Assembly (NCBI GenBank): GCA_964425555.1
Contig: CAYRNA010000003.1
Location: 1 to 61,635 of the forward strand
DNA: 61,635 nucleotides
From: an uncultured Spirochaetales bacterium
GTDB taxonomy: Bacteria > Spirochaetota > Spirochaetia > SP-2023 > CAYRNA01
Reading direction: 5' to 3'
The position numbers were made by a program, and so were the translations under genes. Below, piece by piece: positions 9,746 through 19,748 of this stretch (within the stretch, counting starts at the first letter, position 1; the number at the start of each line of letters is the position of its first letter). Under the pieces are notes generated by a model. It was not told the DNA's origin. It searched no databases and saw only the letters and a list, made by a program, of their open reading frames with translations.

Positions 9746-10978
9746 ATGAAAAAAATACCCCTTACACAGTCTCAACTGAAAGCTATCATGGCCCAATATG
9801 GCTCTACTTTCCATATTTATGATGAGAAAGCCATTAGAGAGAATGCCCGTTTTTTATACAAGGCATTTAACTGGGTTCAACCTCAATTTAAGAATTATTT
9901 TGCGGTAAAAGCACTGCCCAATCCCGCTATCTTGAAAATTCTCAAAGAAGAAGGCATGGGCATGGATTGCTCTTCTTTGCCAGAATTAATCTTGAGCGAA
10001 AAAGCTGGGATCAAGGATACAGAGGTTATTTTAACGTCTAACAATACTCCTTTAGAAGAATTCACTCACGCAAAAGAGAAAAATTCCATCATCAATTTGG
10101 ACGATCTCACCCATCTTTACTTTGTCGAAAAATACCTCGGCTTGCCCGAATTGCTCTGCTTTCGCTACAACCCAGGTCCACTCAAAGAAGGAAACGCCCT
10201 GATTGGCAACCCCAAAGAAGCAAAATACGGCATGACGCTAGAGCAACTGATCACAGGATATCAGTACGCTCAGCAAAAAGGCGTTACACGATTTGGTTTG
10301 CACACCATGGTCGCTTCCAACGAATTGAACCCAGATTATTTTTTAGAAACGGCAAAAATACTTTTTGATGCGGCGCTGGAAATACATCAAAGAACAGGGG
10401 TAAAATTTGAGTTCATCAACCTTGGTGGGGGAATAGGAATTCCTTACGATCCCGATCAAAATGCGGTTGACCTTGAATATTTATCACTGGGAATCAAGAG
10501 CTTATACGAAAAAGTGATGGCGCAAGGTTTGCCTCCTTTTCAGGTGACGATGGAATGTGGTCGCATGATCACAGGGCCTTATGGTTATTTGGTGACGAAA
10601 GTGCGTCACAGAAAAGAAATCTACAAAACATACATAGGCGTGGACGCTTGCATGGCAGATTTGATGCGACCAGGTGTGTACGGAGCTTACCATCACATTA
10701 CTGTGCCAGGTAAAGAAGACGGCCCTTTTGAAACGGTTGATGTCACGGGATCATTGTGCGAAAACAACGACAAATTTGCCATTGACAGAAAAATACCAGT
10801 GACTGAACGTGGCGACATTGTTGTCATACATGATACGGGAGCGCACGGTTCGGCTATGGGTTTTAACTATAACGGTAAACTCAAACATGCAGAGCTACTG
10901 CTCAAAGAAAATGGCGAGATCGAGCTTATTCGCCGTGCAGAAACCATAGAAGATTATTTCGCCACACTCAACATTTAG
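9746..10978 (+). CDS. lysA: diaminopimelate decarboxylase (Orn/DAP/Arg decarboxylase family 2)
   Basis: 410 aa with FAVKALPNP PLP-lysine region, GGGIGIPY, CENNDKF. Heads a dap gene string. Confidence 0.8.
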   Translation: MKKIPLTQSQLKAIMAQYGSTFHIYDEKAIRENARFLYKAFNWVQPQFKNYFAVKALPNPAILKILKEEGMGMDCSSLPELILSEKAGIKDTEVILTSNNTPLEEFTHAKEKNSIINLDDLTHLYFVEKYLGLPELLCFRYNPGPLKEGNALIGNPKEAKYGMTLEQLITGYQYAQQKGVTRFGLHTMVASNELNPDYFLETAKILFDAALEIHQRTGVKFEFINLGGGIGIPYDPDQNAVDLEYLSLGIKSLYEKVMAQGLPPFQVTMECGRMITGPYGYLVTKVRHRKEIYKTYIGVDACMADLMRPGVYGAYHHITVPGKEDGPFETVDVTGSLCENNDKFAIDRKIPVTERGDIVVIHDTGAHGSAMGFNYNGKLKHAELLLKENGEIELIRRAETIEDYFATLNI

Positions 10979-10994
10979 CAAGGAAGGATGAACC

Positions 10995-12233
10995 ATGATA
11001 AGAATGAACCCCTATTATGAGGATTTGCAGTCTTCATATTTATTTACAACCATTGCCCGCAAAGTGCAGCAATTTCAGCAAGATAATTCCGACATCGCAT
11101 TGATCAAAGCAGGCATAGGCGACGTCACAGAACCGCTATCGCCCGCCATTATCGAGGCCCTTCATCAGGGTGTGGAAGATATGGCGAAAATGCAAAGCTT
11201 TAAAGGTTATGGCCCCGAACAAGGCTATGATTTCTTGCGTGAATTGATAGCAAAAAATGATTATCAAAATAACGGTGTCGACATTAAGCCTGACAACATC
11301 TTTATTAGTGACGGCTCCAAATGTGATACGGCAAACTTCCAAGAACTTTTTGCTCACGACATCACCGTCGCCATTCCCGATCCCGTTTATCCCGTTTATT
11401 TGGACACCAATGTCATGGGTGGACGAGCGGGAAAATTTGCCCATGGCCGCTATGACAAAATCGTTTATTTGCCGAGCACCATAGAAAACGATTTCATTCC
11501 TTCTCCCAAAGAATTGCAAGGAAAATCTGTAGATCTTATCTATTTGTGTTTCCCCAATAATCCCACGGGCGCTGTCGCCACAAAAGCACAATTGAAAGAA
11601 TGGGTGGACTACGCCAAAGCGAACAACGCCCTCATTTTATTTGATGCGGCCTATGAATCTTATATTCGTCAAGACGATCTTCCTCGTTCTATTTTTGAAA
11701 TAGAAGGGGCGAAAGAAGTAGCGGTTGAGTTTAGAAGCTTTTCAAAAAAAGCGGGTTTTACGGGTTTGCGTTGTGGCTTCGTCGTCATTTGCGATGAATG
11801 CCAGATCACGAATCAAGACGGCAAAGAATACAGCTTAGCGAGCTTGTGGAATAGACGACATACGACCAAATTTAACGGTGCGTCCTATCTTTCGCAATGC
11901 GGTGCGGCGGCGGTTTATACTCCGCAAGGAAAACAGGAATTAAATGCGATAATACAAGGTTATCAGCGTAATGCCGACCTTATTTCTAGCGTGCTTGAAG
12001 AAGCATCCATCCCTTATTGCGGTGGCATCAATGCGCCTTATCTGTGGCTGAAAGTACGCAACACGTCGTGGGATGCCTTTGATCTTTTGCTCAATAAAAC
12101 GGGCGTGGTCACAACCCCAGGGAGTGGATTTGGCACTTGTGGCGAAAACTACATTCGCATCAGCGCCTTCAATTCTTACGATAATATGAAAGAAGCCATG
12201 CAGCGCATCAAACCTCATTTGGAAACACTATAA
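10995..12233 (+). CDS. dapL: LL-diaminopimelate aminotransferase
   Basis: N-terminal SSYLFTTIARKV, NPTGAV, SFSKKAGFTGLRCG (PLP lysine) typical of DapL. AGGAAGGA Shine-Dalgarno before ATG 10995; alternative ATG at 11004. Confidence 0.85.
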   Translation: MIRMNPYYEDLQSSYLFTTIARKVQQFQQDNSDIALIKAGIGDVTEPLSPAIIEALHQGVEDMAKMQSFKGYGPEQGYDFLRELIAKNDYQNNGVDIKPDNIFISDGSKCDTANFQELFAHDITVAIPDPVYPVYLDTNVMGGRAGKFAHGRYDKIVYLPSTIENDFIPSPKELQGKSVDLIYLCFPNNPTGAVATKAQLKEWVDYAKANNALILFDAAYESYIRQDDLPRSIFEIEGAKEVAVEFRSFSKKAGFTGLRCGFVVICDECQITNQDGKEYSLASLWNRRHTTKFNGASYLSQCGAAAVYTPQGKQELNAIIQGYQRNADLISSVLEEASIPYCGGINAPYLWLKVRNTSWDAFDLLLNKTGVVTTPGSGFGTCGENYIRISAFNSYDNMKEAMQRIKPHLETL

Positions 12234-12985
12234 TGAAGGTTTTACTTGTCGGTTACGGTCGTATGGGCAAAGAGATTGAGCAGATCATAGAGACCTCGTC
12301 CAGCTACGAAAAGTGGCTGGTTCACGCCAAAATCACCCAGAGCAATCCACTGAATGCACAGCATTTAGAACACAGCGACATTGTCATCGATTTTTCTCTG
12401 CCTCGAGCGGTCGAAGATCATCTGAAACTTTACGCTCAAGCAAAAAGCAAGGTGGTCATGGGCGTCACAGCGTGGCAAAATGAGCAGAATAAAGATTTTT
12501 TGCAACGAGCGTGCGATCAAGGCATGAGTCTTTTGTGGGGAAATAATTTTTCTTTGGGGGCGCATGTGTTGTTGCGAGCGAGCAACTATAGTAGCAAATT
12601 GATCGATGCTCTCGAAGAATACGACGTGAGCCTGTGCGAATCTCACCACAGGCATAAGCAAGACGTCCCTTCGGGAACAGCCGTGACCCTCTTGGACAAC
12701 ATCGTGACGACAGTGAAACGCAAGACCAGCTGGGCATCGCAAACCAGCCCGCAAACCCCCGAGATATTACATTATCAGGCCCTACGTTGCGGCGAAGAAA
12801 TTGGTAAACACGAAGTCATTTTCGATTCTTTTGCGGATACCGTCAGCCTGACACATCACGCTAGAAACAGATCGGGCTTTGCTCTAGGCGCTTTAAAAGC
12901 GGCAGAATGGCTGTCTCGACAAACAAACGGATTATATACGATAGAACAAATGTTAGACGAAATTTGGAGTGAAAAAAATGTTTAA
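12233..12985 (+). CDS. dapB: 4-hydroxy-tetrahydrodipicolinate reductase
   Basis: GYGRMGK NAD motif and ESHHRHKQDVPSGTA signature. TAATG overlap with the dapL stop. Confidence 0.9.
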   Translation: MKVLLVGYGRMGKEIEQIIETSSSYEKWLVHAKITQSNPLNAQHLEHSDIVIDFSLPRAVEDHLKLYAQAKSKVVMGVTAWQNEQNKDFLQRACDQGMSLLWGNNFSLGAHVLLRASNYSSKLIDALEEYDVSLCESHHRHKQDVPSGTAVTLLDNIVTTVKRKTSWASQTSPQTPEILHYQALRCGEEIGKHEVIFDSFADTVSLTHHARNRSGFALGALKAAEWLSRQTNGLYTIEQMLDEIWSEKNV

Positions 12986-13856
12986 AGGAACTTTTACAGC
13001 ATTAGTAAGTCCCTACACACCGCAGGGCGAATTGGACATTGAGTCTTTTCATAGCTTGTTAGAAACGCAAATCAAGGGAGGCGTCACAGGCCTCGTTCCC
13101 GTAGGAACAACAGGGGAGTCGCCGACACTTTCGCACAAAGAAAATATTCAGTTGGTCGAAGAAACGATAGCCTACACCAAAGGGTCTTTGCCCATCATCG
13201 CAGGGACGGGTTCTAACTCGACACTCGAGGCGCTGGAGATGACACAAATCGCCAAAGAAATAGGGGCAACGGCGTCTTTGCAAGTCGTGCCCTATTATAA
13301 TAAGCCGACGCAAGAGGGCATGTATAGGCATTTTATGAGCATAGCCGACAGCATAGATTTACCACTGATAGTCTACAATATTATGGGCAGGACGGGTATC
13401 AATATGGCAACGTCTACGCTGATGCGCTTGGCTGATCATCCTAATATTGTGGGCGTCAAAGAAGCGAGTGGCAATATCAATCAAATGATGGATATCATAG
13501 CCCAGCGACCTCAAGATTTCTGTGTTCTCAGTGGAGATGACGCTCTGAGTGTCCCACTGATTGCTATGGGTGGCGACGGTGTTATTTCTGTAGCCAGCAA
13601 CATTATCCCCAGTCCAGTGAGCCAATGCATTGAGGATGCGTTAGCGGGAAAACAAGAAGAAGCGAGGACGCAACACTACAAGCTTCTTGCGCTGTTTCAG
13701 GCCATGTTTATGGAAAGCAATCCCATCGTTGTCAAAGAAAGTCTCGCTTTAATGAATGTCATAAAAAGTGCGAGTTTCCGTCTGCCTATGTCAAATATTA
13801 GCGCTGAAAACTTGGTTATTTTGAAAAAAATATTGAAAAAATACGGTCTTTTATAG
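12978..13856 (+). CDS. dapA: 4-hydroxy-tetrahydrodipicolinate synthase
   Basis: GTTGESPTLS, YYNKPTQEG, GVKEASGN motifs. GGAG 8 nt before ATG 12978 (ORF track uses GTG 12969). Overlaps the dapB end. Confidence 0.9.
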   Translation: MFKGTFTALVSPYTPQGELDIESFHSLLETQIKGGVTGLVPVGTTGESPTLSHKENIQLVEETIAYTKGSLPIIAGTGSNSTLEALEMTQIAKEIGATASLQVVPYYNKPTQEGMYRHFMSIADSIDLPLIVYNIMGRTGINMATSTLMRLADHPNIVGVKEASGNINQMMDIIAQRPQDFCVLSGDDALSVPLIAMGGDGVISVASNIIPSPVSQCIEDALAGKQEEARTQHYKLLALFQAMFMESNPIVVKESLALMNVIKSASFRLPMSNISAENLVILKKILKKYGLL

Positions 13857-13909
13857 AGCCTTTTAACTAAAATATAGAGTACAATAATTAATTAAAAATG
13901 GGTTGATTT

Positions 13910-14968
13910 ATGAAATTACCACCAGAAAATAAAATCCCTGTCGCCATACTCGGCGCAACAGGTACCGTCGGCCAAAAATTCATCGTGTTATTGGAAAATC
14001 ATCCGTGGTTTGAAATTACCGAACTTGTCGCCTCGCAACGTTCTGCAGGAAAATCCTACCAAGACGCTGTTGCGTGGAAGCAAAAACAAAATATTCCTGC
14101 GCACATAGCTTCTAAGAAAATTTTATCTTTAGAAGATAAACTGCAATCGCCTTTGCTGTTTTCAGGATTGGATTCAGCCGTAGCGGGTGAAGCAGAGGGC
14201 AATTATGCCGCACTAGGTCACACGGTGATCAGCAATAGTTCTCATTATCGCATGGACGCAACCGTTCCCTTGGTCATTCCTGAAATAAATGTCGAGCATT
14301 TTGAACTGGTCAAGCAACAGCAAACTCAAGGGAAAATCATCACAAATCCCAATTGCTCCACCATTGCGATGATGCTGGTTTTGGCACCTTTACATCAAGA
14401 ATTTGGCCTAGAATGGCTCAATGTCACCACCATGCAAGCCATCAGTGGGGCAGGTTATCCAGGGGTTTCTTCCTTGGATATTCTAGGAAATATCGTTCCT
14501 TTTATTGACGGCGAAGAAGAAAAAATAGAAACAGAGCCCTTGAAAATACTGGCTAAATATGAACACGAAAGTCTGCAATTTGCCAACTTCATTGTCAATG
14601 CACAGGCCAATAGAGTTCCCGTCATCGATGGTCACACAGAAACTCTCACCATCAAGTTTAAACAAAAACCAGAGAGCCTCAGCCAAATACAAGACGTGCT
14701 GAGCCGTTTCCAAGCCTATCCGCAACAACAAAATCTTCCCAGTGCGCCACCGTATCCCGTCATTGTTCATAGCGCAGACAACAGGCCGCAACCGCTTCTC
14801 GATATTGACCAAAACGGCGGCATGAGCAGCAGTGTCGGACGCATACGCTGGTCCAGCTTGGGCGATATCAATCTCGTCGTACTCGGACATAATACCATTA
14901 GAGGTGCGGCAGGATGCGCCATTCTCAACGCAGAGGCCTATGTAAAAATGGGTTATTTAAACTTTTAG
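13910..14968 (+). CDS. asd: aspartate-semialdehyde dehydrogenase
   Basis: GATGTVGQ NAD fold, NPNCSTI active-site Cys, GHNTIRGAAG. Confidence 0.93.
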   Translation: MKLPPENKIPVAILGATGTVGQKFIVLLENHPWFEITELVASQRSAGKSYQDAVAWKQKQNIPAHIASKKILSLEDKLQSPLLFSGLDSAVAGEAEGNYAALGHTVISNSSHYRMDATVPLVIPEINVEHFELVKQQQTQGKIITNPNCSTIAMMLVLAPLHQEFGLEWLNVTTMQAISGAGYPGVSSLDILGNIVPFIDGEEEKIETEPLKILAKYEHESLQFANFIVNAQANRVPVIDGHTETLTIKFKQKPESLSQIQDVLSRFQAYPQQQNLPSAPPYPVIVHSADNRPQPLLDIDQNGGMSSSVGRIRWSSLGDINLVVLGHNTIRGAAGCAILNAEAYVKMGYLNF

Positions 14969-14983
14969 ACAAAGGATGAAATT

Positions 14984-17446
14984 GTGATAGTATTAAAATT
15001 TGGTGGAAGCTCTTTGAAGAGCGCCGAACGCATAAACGATGTATGTCAGTTGATACAAAATAGGGCGTCCGATTCGGGCTTGATTATCGTATTATCTGCC
15101 CCTGGCGGTATAACCAATCTGCTTTTTCAAATTATTGAAGAAGCTCAAACAGAAGGCGACTGGCTCACCTCATTTGAGCAATTACAGCAAAATCTGACAA
15201 CCATAGTGAGCGATCTGCAGCTCAAATATCCTCATTTTGATAGACCACAATTTGACCTTTTCTTGCAAAAACATTGCGACACCCTCAACAAGCAATTACA
15301 GGGTATAGCCTTATTGCACTACACGCCAGATCCCATCAAAGCTGATATTATTAGCTTGGGGGAAAGATTTAGTGTGCAAATAATGCGGCTCTGTTTTGAG
15401 AGCATCAAGCAAGATGTCAACGTGCTTCATCCCGAAGAATTTCTTGTAACCTCGGGTGATTATTTAGAAAATGACGTTGACCTAGAACGCTCTCAATTGT
15501 TGCTCCCCACCATCAACAGGGAAGCTCTCTCTCTCATGCCTGGCTTTATAGGTCGCAACAGTCAAAAAGAATTGGTCGTTTTAGGGCGCAATGGTTCTGA
15601 TTATTCCGCCGCGGCAATCAGCGTTTTATTCAATGCCTACAGTTGCGAAATTTGGACGGACGTCAATGGTGCTTACACCGCTGATCCACGCTTCGTCACC
15701 AAGGCAAGACATTTGGAAACGCTTTCCTATAAAGAAGCGATAGATATTAGCTATTTTGGAGCCAAGGTTTTGCATCCAAAAACAATTGCGCCTTTAGCCG
15801 CCGCCAATATTCCCTGTCTCATCAAAAACACCAATGACCCCCGAGGAGCTTGCACACGCATCAGCCATTCCAATGACGAAAAAGACGATCTGCCCATCAA
15901 AGCCATTTGTGATTTGCGCCATATAACCGTTGTCATCATCGCCGTTTCTAGCCAAAAAAGGCTTAACAGCGGTCACTTCGATTCCAACTTACACTTACGC
16001 GTACAAAGCGTTTTATCGCCTCAAAATATCCCCATCATCCTCTTCATTTCTTCGTCCTCGACCAACACGCTGACATTTGCCATACAAAATCAATTTCAGA
16101 ATCAGGTTCAGTCGGTTTTGGAAAAAGAATTTGAATTGGAATTAAAGCATAAATTCCTCTTTCCAGTGCAATACAAGACGAATATGGCCATTTTAAGCGT
16201 CATCGGTGATAATATGCGTGCTCGCAAGGGCGTTGCCAGCACTATTTTTGAGAGCATGGCGAAACAACACATCAACATTAGTGCCATTGCCCAAGGCGCG
16301 ACCGAAAGGAATATTTCCATTCTGATAGAAGAGGAAAAAACCAAGCAAGCCGTCAAAGCCTTGCACGATGAATTTTTCTCGCCCTACAAACAAATCAATT
16401 GCGTCATTCTCGGACTGGGCGCCATAGGTCTGGAATTGATCAATATCATCAATACGCAACAAAATTTTACCCAAGAAAAAATGTTGGAACTGAAAATTGT
16501 CGGCGTTGCTAATTCTAAAAAAATGCTGTTCGATGGGCGAGGCCTTGATTTAAATGAAAATATAGCTGACCTGCTCAATGAAAAAGGTGTAGAAAATAAT
16601 TTAGCTCTGCTGAGCAATGAAATGAATGCACAAATGGCTCACGAAAGCATTATCATTGACGCAACTTCTAGCACGCTTGTCGCAGAAAATTACATAGACT
16701 TCCTCCAAAGAGGCTTGCACGTGGTGTGCGCCAACAAAAAAGCCAACACAATGAGCATGGCGTATTACCACAGACTGCGTCAAATCGTCAAAGCACAGAA
16801 AGTCAAACTGCTCTATGAAACAAACGTCGGAGCGGGACTGCCCGTAATGACGCCCCTGTCTCATTTATTTGCTGCAGGGGATCAGTTGCAGTATTTTTGC
16901 GGTATTTTGTCGGGTTCACTGTCCTATATTTTTGGCGAACTTGATAAGGAAAAACCTTTTTCTGATATTGTCGCAGACGCCATGGCAAAAAAATTCACCG
17001 AACCCGATCCCAGAGATGATCTTTCGGGTCACGATGTTGCAAGAAAATTATTGCTGATTGCTCGTGAAGCGGGTTTTCATTTTGAGCTAGAAAATATTAA
17101 GATTGAATCGGTTTTACCTCCTGATTTTAATAGCTCGGGTGAGGTGAGTGAATTTTGCTCACGCCTCAGCGAATGCGATCAATATTTCAAGGAACGCTGT
17201 GAACACGCCAAATCTCAAGGCAAAGTCTTGCGCTATGTCGCCGAATTCAGCGACTACAATTTATCTGTGGGCATCAGAGAACTGGATAAAAATTCGCCCT
17301 TGGGTGGTGTCACAGGCGGTGAAAATGGCTTGGAATTCTTGACCAACTATTACAGCCCCATTCCCATGACAATACGTGGCTATGGGGCAGGAACGAAGGT
17401 TACCGCCAGCGGTCTTTATAGCGATATTTTACGGATAGTGAGTTAG
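14984..17446 (+). CDS. thrA: bifunctional aspartokinase / homoserine dehydrogenase
   Basis: 820 aa. N-terminal KFGGSS kinase motif, ACT region, C-terminal homoserine dehydrogenase (GILSGSLSYIF, EPDPRDDLSGHDVARK). GTG start with AAGGA Shine-Dalgarno. Confidence 0.9.
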   Translation: MIVLKFGGSSLKSAERINDVCQLIQNRASDSGLIIVLSAPGGITNLLFQIIEEAQTEGDWLTSFEQLQQNLTTIVSDLQLKYPHFDRPQFDLFLQKHCDTLNKQLQGIALLHYTPDPIKADIISLGERFSVQIMRLCFESIKQDVNVLHPEEFLVTSGDYLENDVDLERSQLLLPTINREALSLMPGFIGRNSQKELVVLGRNGSDYSAAAISVLFNAYSCEIWTDVNGAYTADPRFVTKARHLETLSYKEAIDISYFGAKVLHPKTIAPLAAANIPCLIKNTNDPRGACTRISHSNDEKDDLPIKAICDLRHITVVIIAVSSQKRLNSGHFDSNLHLRVQSVLSPQNIPIILFISSSSTNTLTFAIQNQFQNQVQSVLEKEFELELKHKFLFPVQYKTNMAILSVIGDNMRARKGVASTIFESMAKQHINISAIAQGATERNISILIEEEKTKQAVKALHDEFFSPYKQINCVILGLGAIGLELINIINTQQNFTQEKMLELKIVGVANSKKMLFDGRGLDLNENIADLLNEKGVENNLALLSNEMNAQMAHESIIIDATSSTLVAENYIDFLQRGLHVVCANKKANTMSMAYYHRLRQIVKAQKVKLLYETNVGAGLPVMTPLSHLFAAGDQLQYFCGILSGSLSYIFGELDKEKPFSDIVADAMAKKFTEPDPRDDLSGHDVARKLLLIAREAGFHFELENIKIESVLPPDFNSSGEVSEFCSRLSECDQYFKERCEHAKSQGKVLRYVAEFSDYNLSVGIRELDKNSPLGGVTGGENGLEFLTNYYSPIPMTIRGYGAGTKVTASGLYSDILRIVS

Positions 17447-17447
17447 T

Positions 17448-18425
17448 ATGCAAAATACAGTCAAATATTATGCGCCCGCTTCTATGGGAAACGTCAATGT
17501 CGGTTTTGACACACTGGGCCTCGCATACGAAAGAACGGACGGTCAACTTTTTGGGGATGTCGTCCATATTACGGGCAGTGATGACAATATCCAACTCATC
17601 ACAGAAGGGAAATATGCTTCGAAGTTGCCCACTGATATCAAACAAAATGGTTTGTATATGGGCTGGTTGGCATTCAAACAATTTTTGCAAGAAAAAAAAG
17701 GACGGAACTTAGAGCAACAACCTCATTTTCTCCTTGAAAAAAATCTACCCGTGGGCAGCGGTTTAGGCTCGAGTGCGTCTTCGGCAGTAGCGACCATACT
17801 CGCTCTCAACGCCTATTACCAAGCCCATCTCTCGCAAAAAGAACTCCTCGAATTAATGGCTCAGGCAGAAAAATTTATGGCGGGTGGCTTTCATCTTGAT
17901 AATATATTGCCCTCATATTTGGGCGGAATACAACTTATTTTAGAAGATTCCAGCCCTGAAAATGCAAGTTTTCCTTATCAGTTTTACAACCTTCCCATTT
18001 TTCAACAGTGGTATTGGGTTGTCGCTTACCCCGGTTTTGCTTTAGAAACACAAAAAGCGCGAACCGCTATGCCACAACATTACGACATGCAAACCGTCAT
18101 CAAATCTCAGCGTTATTTGGCCGGTTTTCTCCATGGCTCGCACACGCAAAACAGTCACCTTGCACAAAAAAGTTTGTGCGACGTACTCGCCGCGCCTTAT
18201 AGAGGCAAACTGATCAAAGGTTACGAGAAACTCATTCAAGTGGGGCAGGAAAACGACTGGACTGTTGGCATCAGCGGATCTGGGCCGTCATTATTTGTTT
18301 TAAGAAACAATTATGAAGAAGCTCTGCAGGTTCAAGATTGGTGCAATGAAAATTTTATAGAAGAAAATGGTTTCGTTCATATTTGTAAAATAGCAAAATC
18401 AGGTGCATATCAATTAAAAAATTAG
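17448..18425 (+). CDS. thrB: homoserine kinase
   Basis: GHMP kinase motif PVGSGLGSSASS. Starts 1 nt after thrA. Confidence 0.9.
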   Translation: MQNTVKYYAPASMGNVNVGFDTLGLAYERTDGQLFGDVVHITGSDDNIQLITEGKYASKLPTDIKQNGLYMGWLAFKQFLQEKKGRNLEQQPHFLLEKNLPVGSGLGSSASSAVATILALNAYYQAHLSQKELLELMAQAEKFMAGGFHLDNILPSYLGGIQLILEDSSPENASFPYQFYNLPIFQQWYWVVAYPGFALETQKARTAMPQHYDMQTVIKSQRYLAGFLHGSHTQNSHLAQKSLCDVLAAPYRGKLIKGYEKLIQVGQENDWTVGISGSGPSLFVLRNNYEEALQVQDWCNENFIEENGFVHICKIAKSGAYQLKN

Positions 18426-18434
18426 GAGATCATT

Positions 18435-19733
18435 ATGGAAGTTTACAATTTATCTTATCCACAAGAGCAGGTTAGTTTATCACAAGCTATCAAACAAGGT
18501 TTGGGCAAAGAGAAGGGGCTGTTTTTTCCCACAGAAATAAAACCTCTAGCCAATGTCAAAGAATTGCTCCAAGAAAAAAACTTTGTCGATAGGACGACAG
18601 CAATCATTAAACACTTGTTTGCAGACGAATTAAGCTATGAAACTTTGCATAAATTAATCAAAAAAACCTATCATTTTTCGCCCATTCTGAAGACGCTAGA
18701 ATCAGGTGTTCACAGCCTCGAATTATTTCACGGTCCGACCTTGGCATTCAAAGATTTTGGTGTCGGATTTTTGGCACAAGTATTAAACCATTTACAGCAA
18801 GATAAGAAAATTACTATTTTAAGCGCAACGAGTGGAGACACAGGAGCTGCTGTCGCTCAAGCATTTTACGATCTGCCCAACGTCAATGTTGTCGTTATGT
18901 TTCCTAAGGGTAAAATTAGCGCGGCCCAAGAAAAGTTGTTTTCAACCTTGGGAAAAAATATACATTCCCTCGCTATCGATGCAGATTTTGATGCCTGTCA
19001 AAGCCTGCTCAAACAGAGCCTCGCAGATGCGGATCTGGTCACAAAAATAGGTTTAAATTCAGCGAATTCCATCAATTTTGCACGTATTATTGGCCAAATC
19101 GGTTATTATTTCGAGACCCTTTCTCAGTTAAATTGGCAGGGGAGCAGTCCCATACGCTTCAGCGTTCCTTGCGGGAATTTTGGCAATTTATCTTCAGGTC
19201 TTTTTAGCGCTCTTTTGTTGGGAGAGTGGGGCGACAAGATGAATTTTTCTGTTGCAACCAATGCCAATGACACCATTCCTCGCTATCTCAAGACGGGTGA
19301 CTGGGATCCTCGACCAACCATTTCCACCATAGCCAATGCCATGGATATTAGTAAGCCCAGCAATTGGCCACGAGTAGAAGAATTCCTCAAGCGTCTAGGG
19401 CGAAGTCAAGAAACTCTGCGTTGTGGAGCTTTGACGGATGATGAGACAGAAGCTGTCATACAAAAAATATACCAACAATATAATTATTTGGCAGATCCTC
19501 ATACAGCTATTGCCTATCAAGTGCTGATGACGACCAAGGAAAATGACGAAGAGGGCGTATTCTTAAGCACGGCGCATCCTGCAAAGTTTTATCAAACGAT
19601 GGAAGATGCGTTAAAAATAAGCTTGGAACTTCCCCCAGAAATAGCAGATGCCAATCGCAAAGAATCTCAATCGATAGACTTTCCCAATGATATTAAGCTT
19701 TTAAAAAGTTTTTTACAGGATATAAACCAATAG
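18435..19733 (+). CDS. thrC: threonine synthase
   Basis: 432 aa with HGPTLAFKDFG PLP-lysine motif and ATSGDTGAA. Confidence 0.93.
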   Translation: MEVYNLSYPQEQVSLSQAIKQGLGKEKGLFFPTEIKPLANVKELLQEKNFVDRTTAIIKHLFADELSYETLHKLIKKTYHFSPILKTLESGVHSLELFHGPTLAFKDFGVGFLAQVLNHLQQDKKITILSATSGDTGAAVAQAFYDLPNVNVVVMFPKGKISAAQEKLFSTLGKNIHSLAIDADFDACQSLLKQSLADADLVTKIGLNSANSINFARIIGQIGYYFETLSQLNWQGSSPIRFSVPCGNFGNLSSGLFSALLLGEWGDKMNFSVATNANDTIPRYLKTGDWDPRPTISTIANAMDISKPSNWPRVEEFLKRLGRSQETLRCGALTDDETEAVIQKIYQQYNYLADPHTAIAYQVLMTTKENDEEGVFLSTAHPAKFYQTMEDALKISLELPPEIADANRKESQSIDFPNDIKLLKSFLQDINQ

Positions 19734-19748
19734 ATTTTTTAAGATAGC

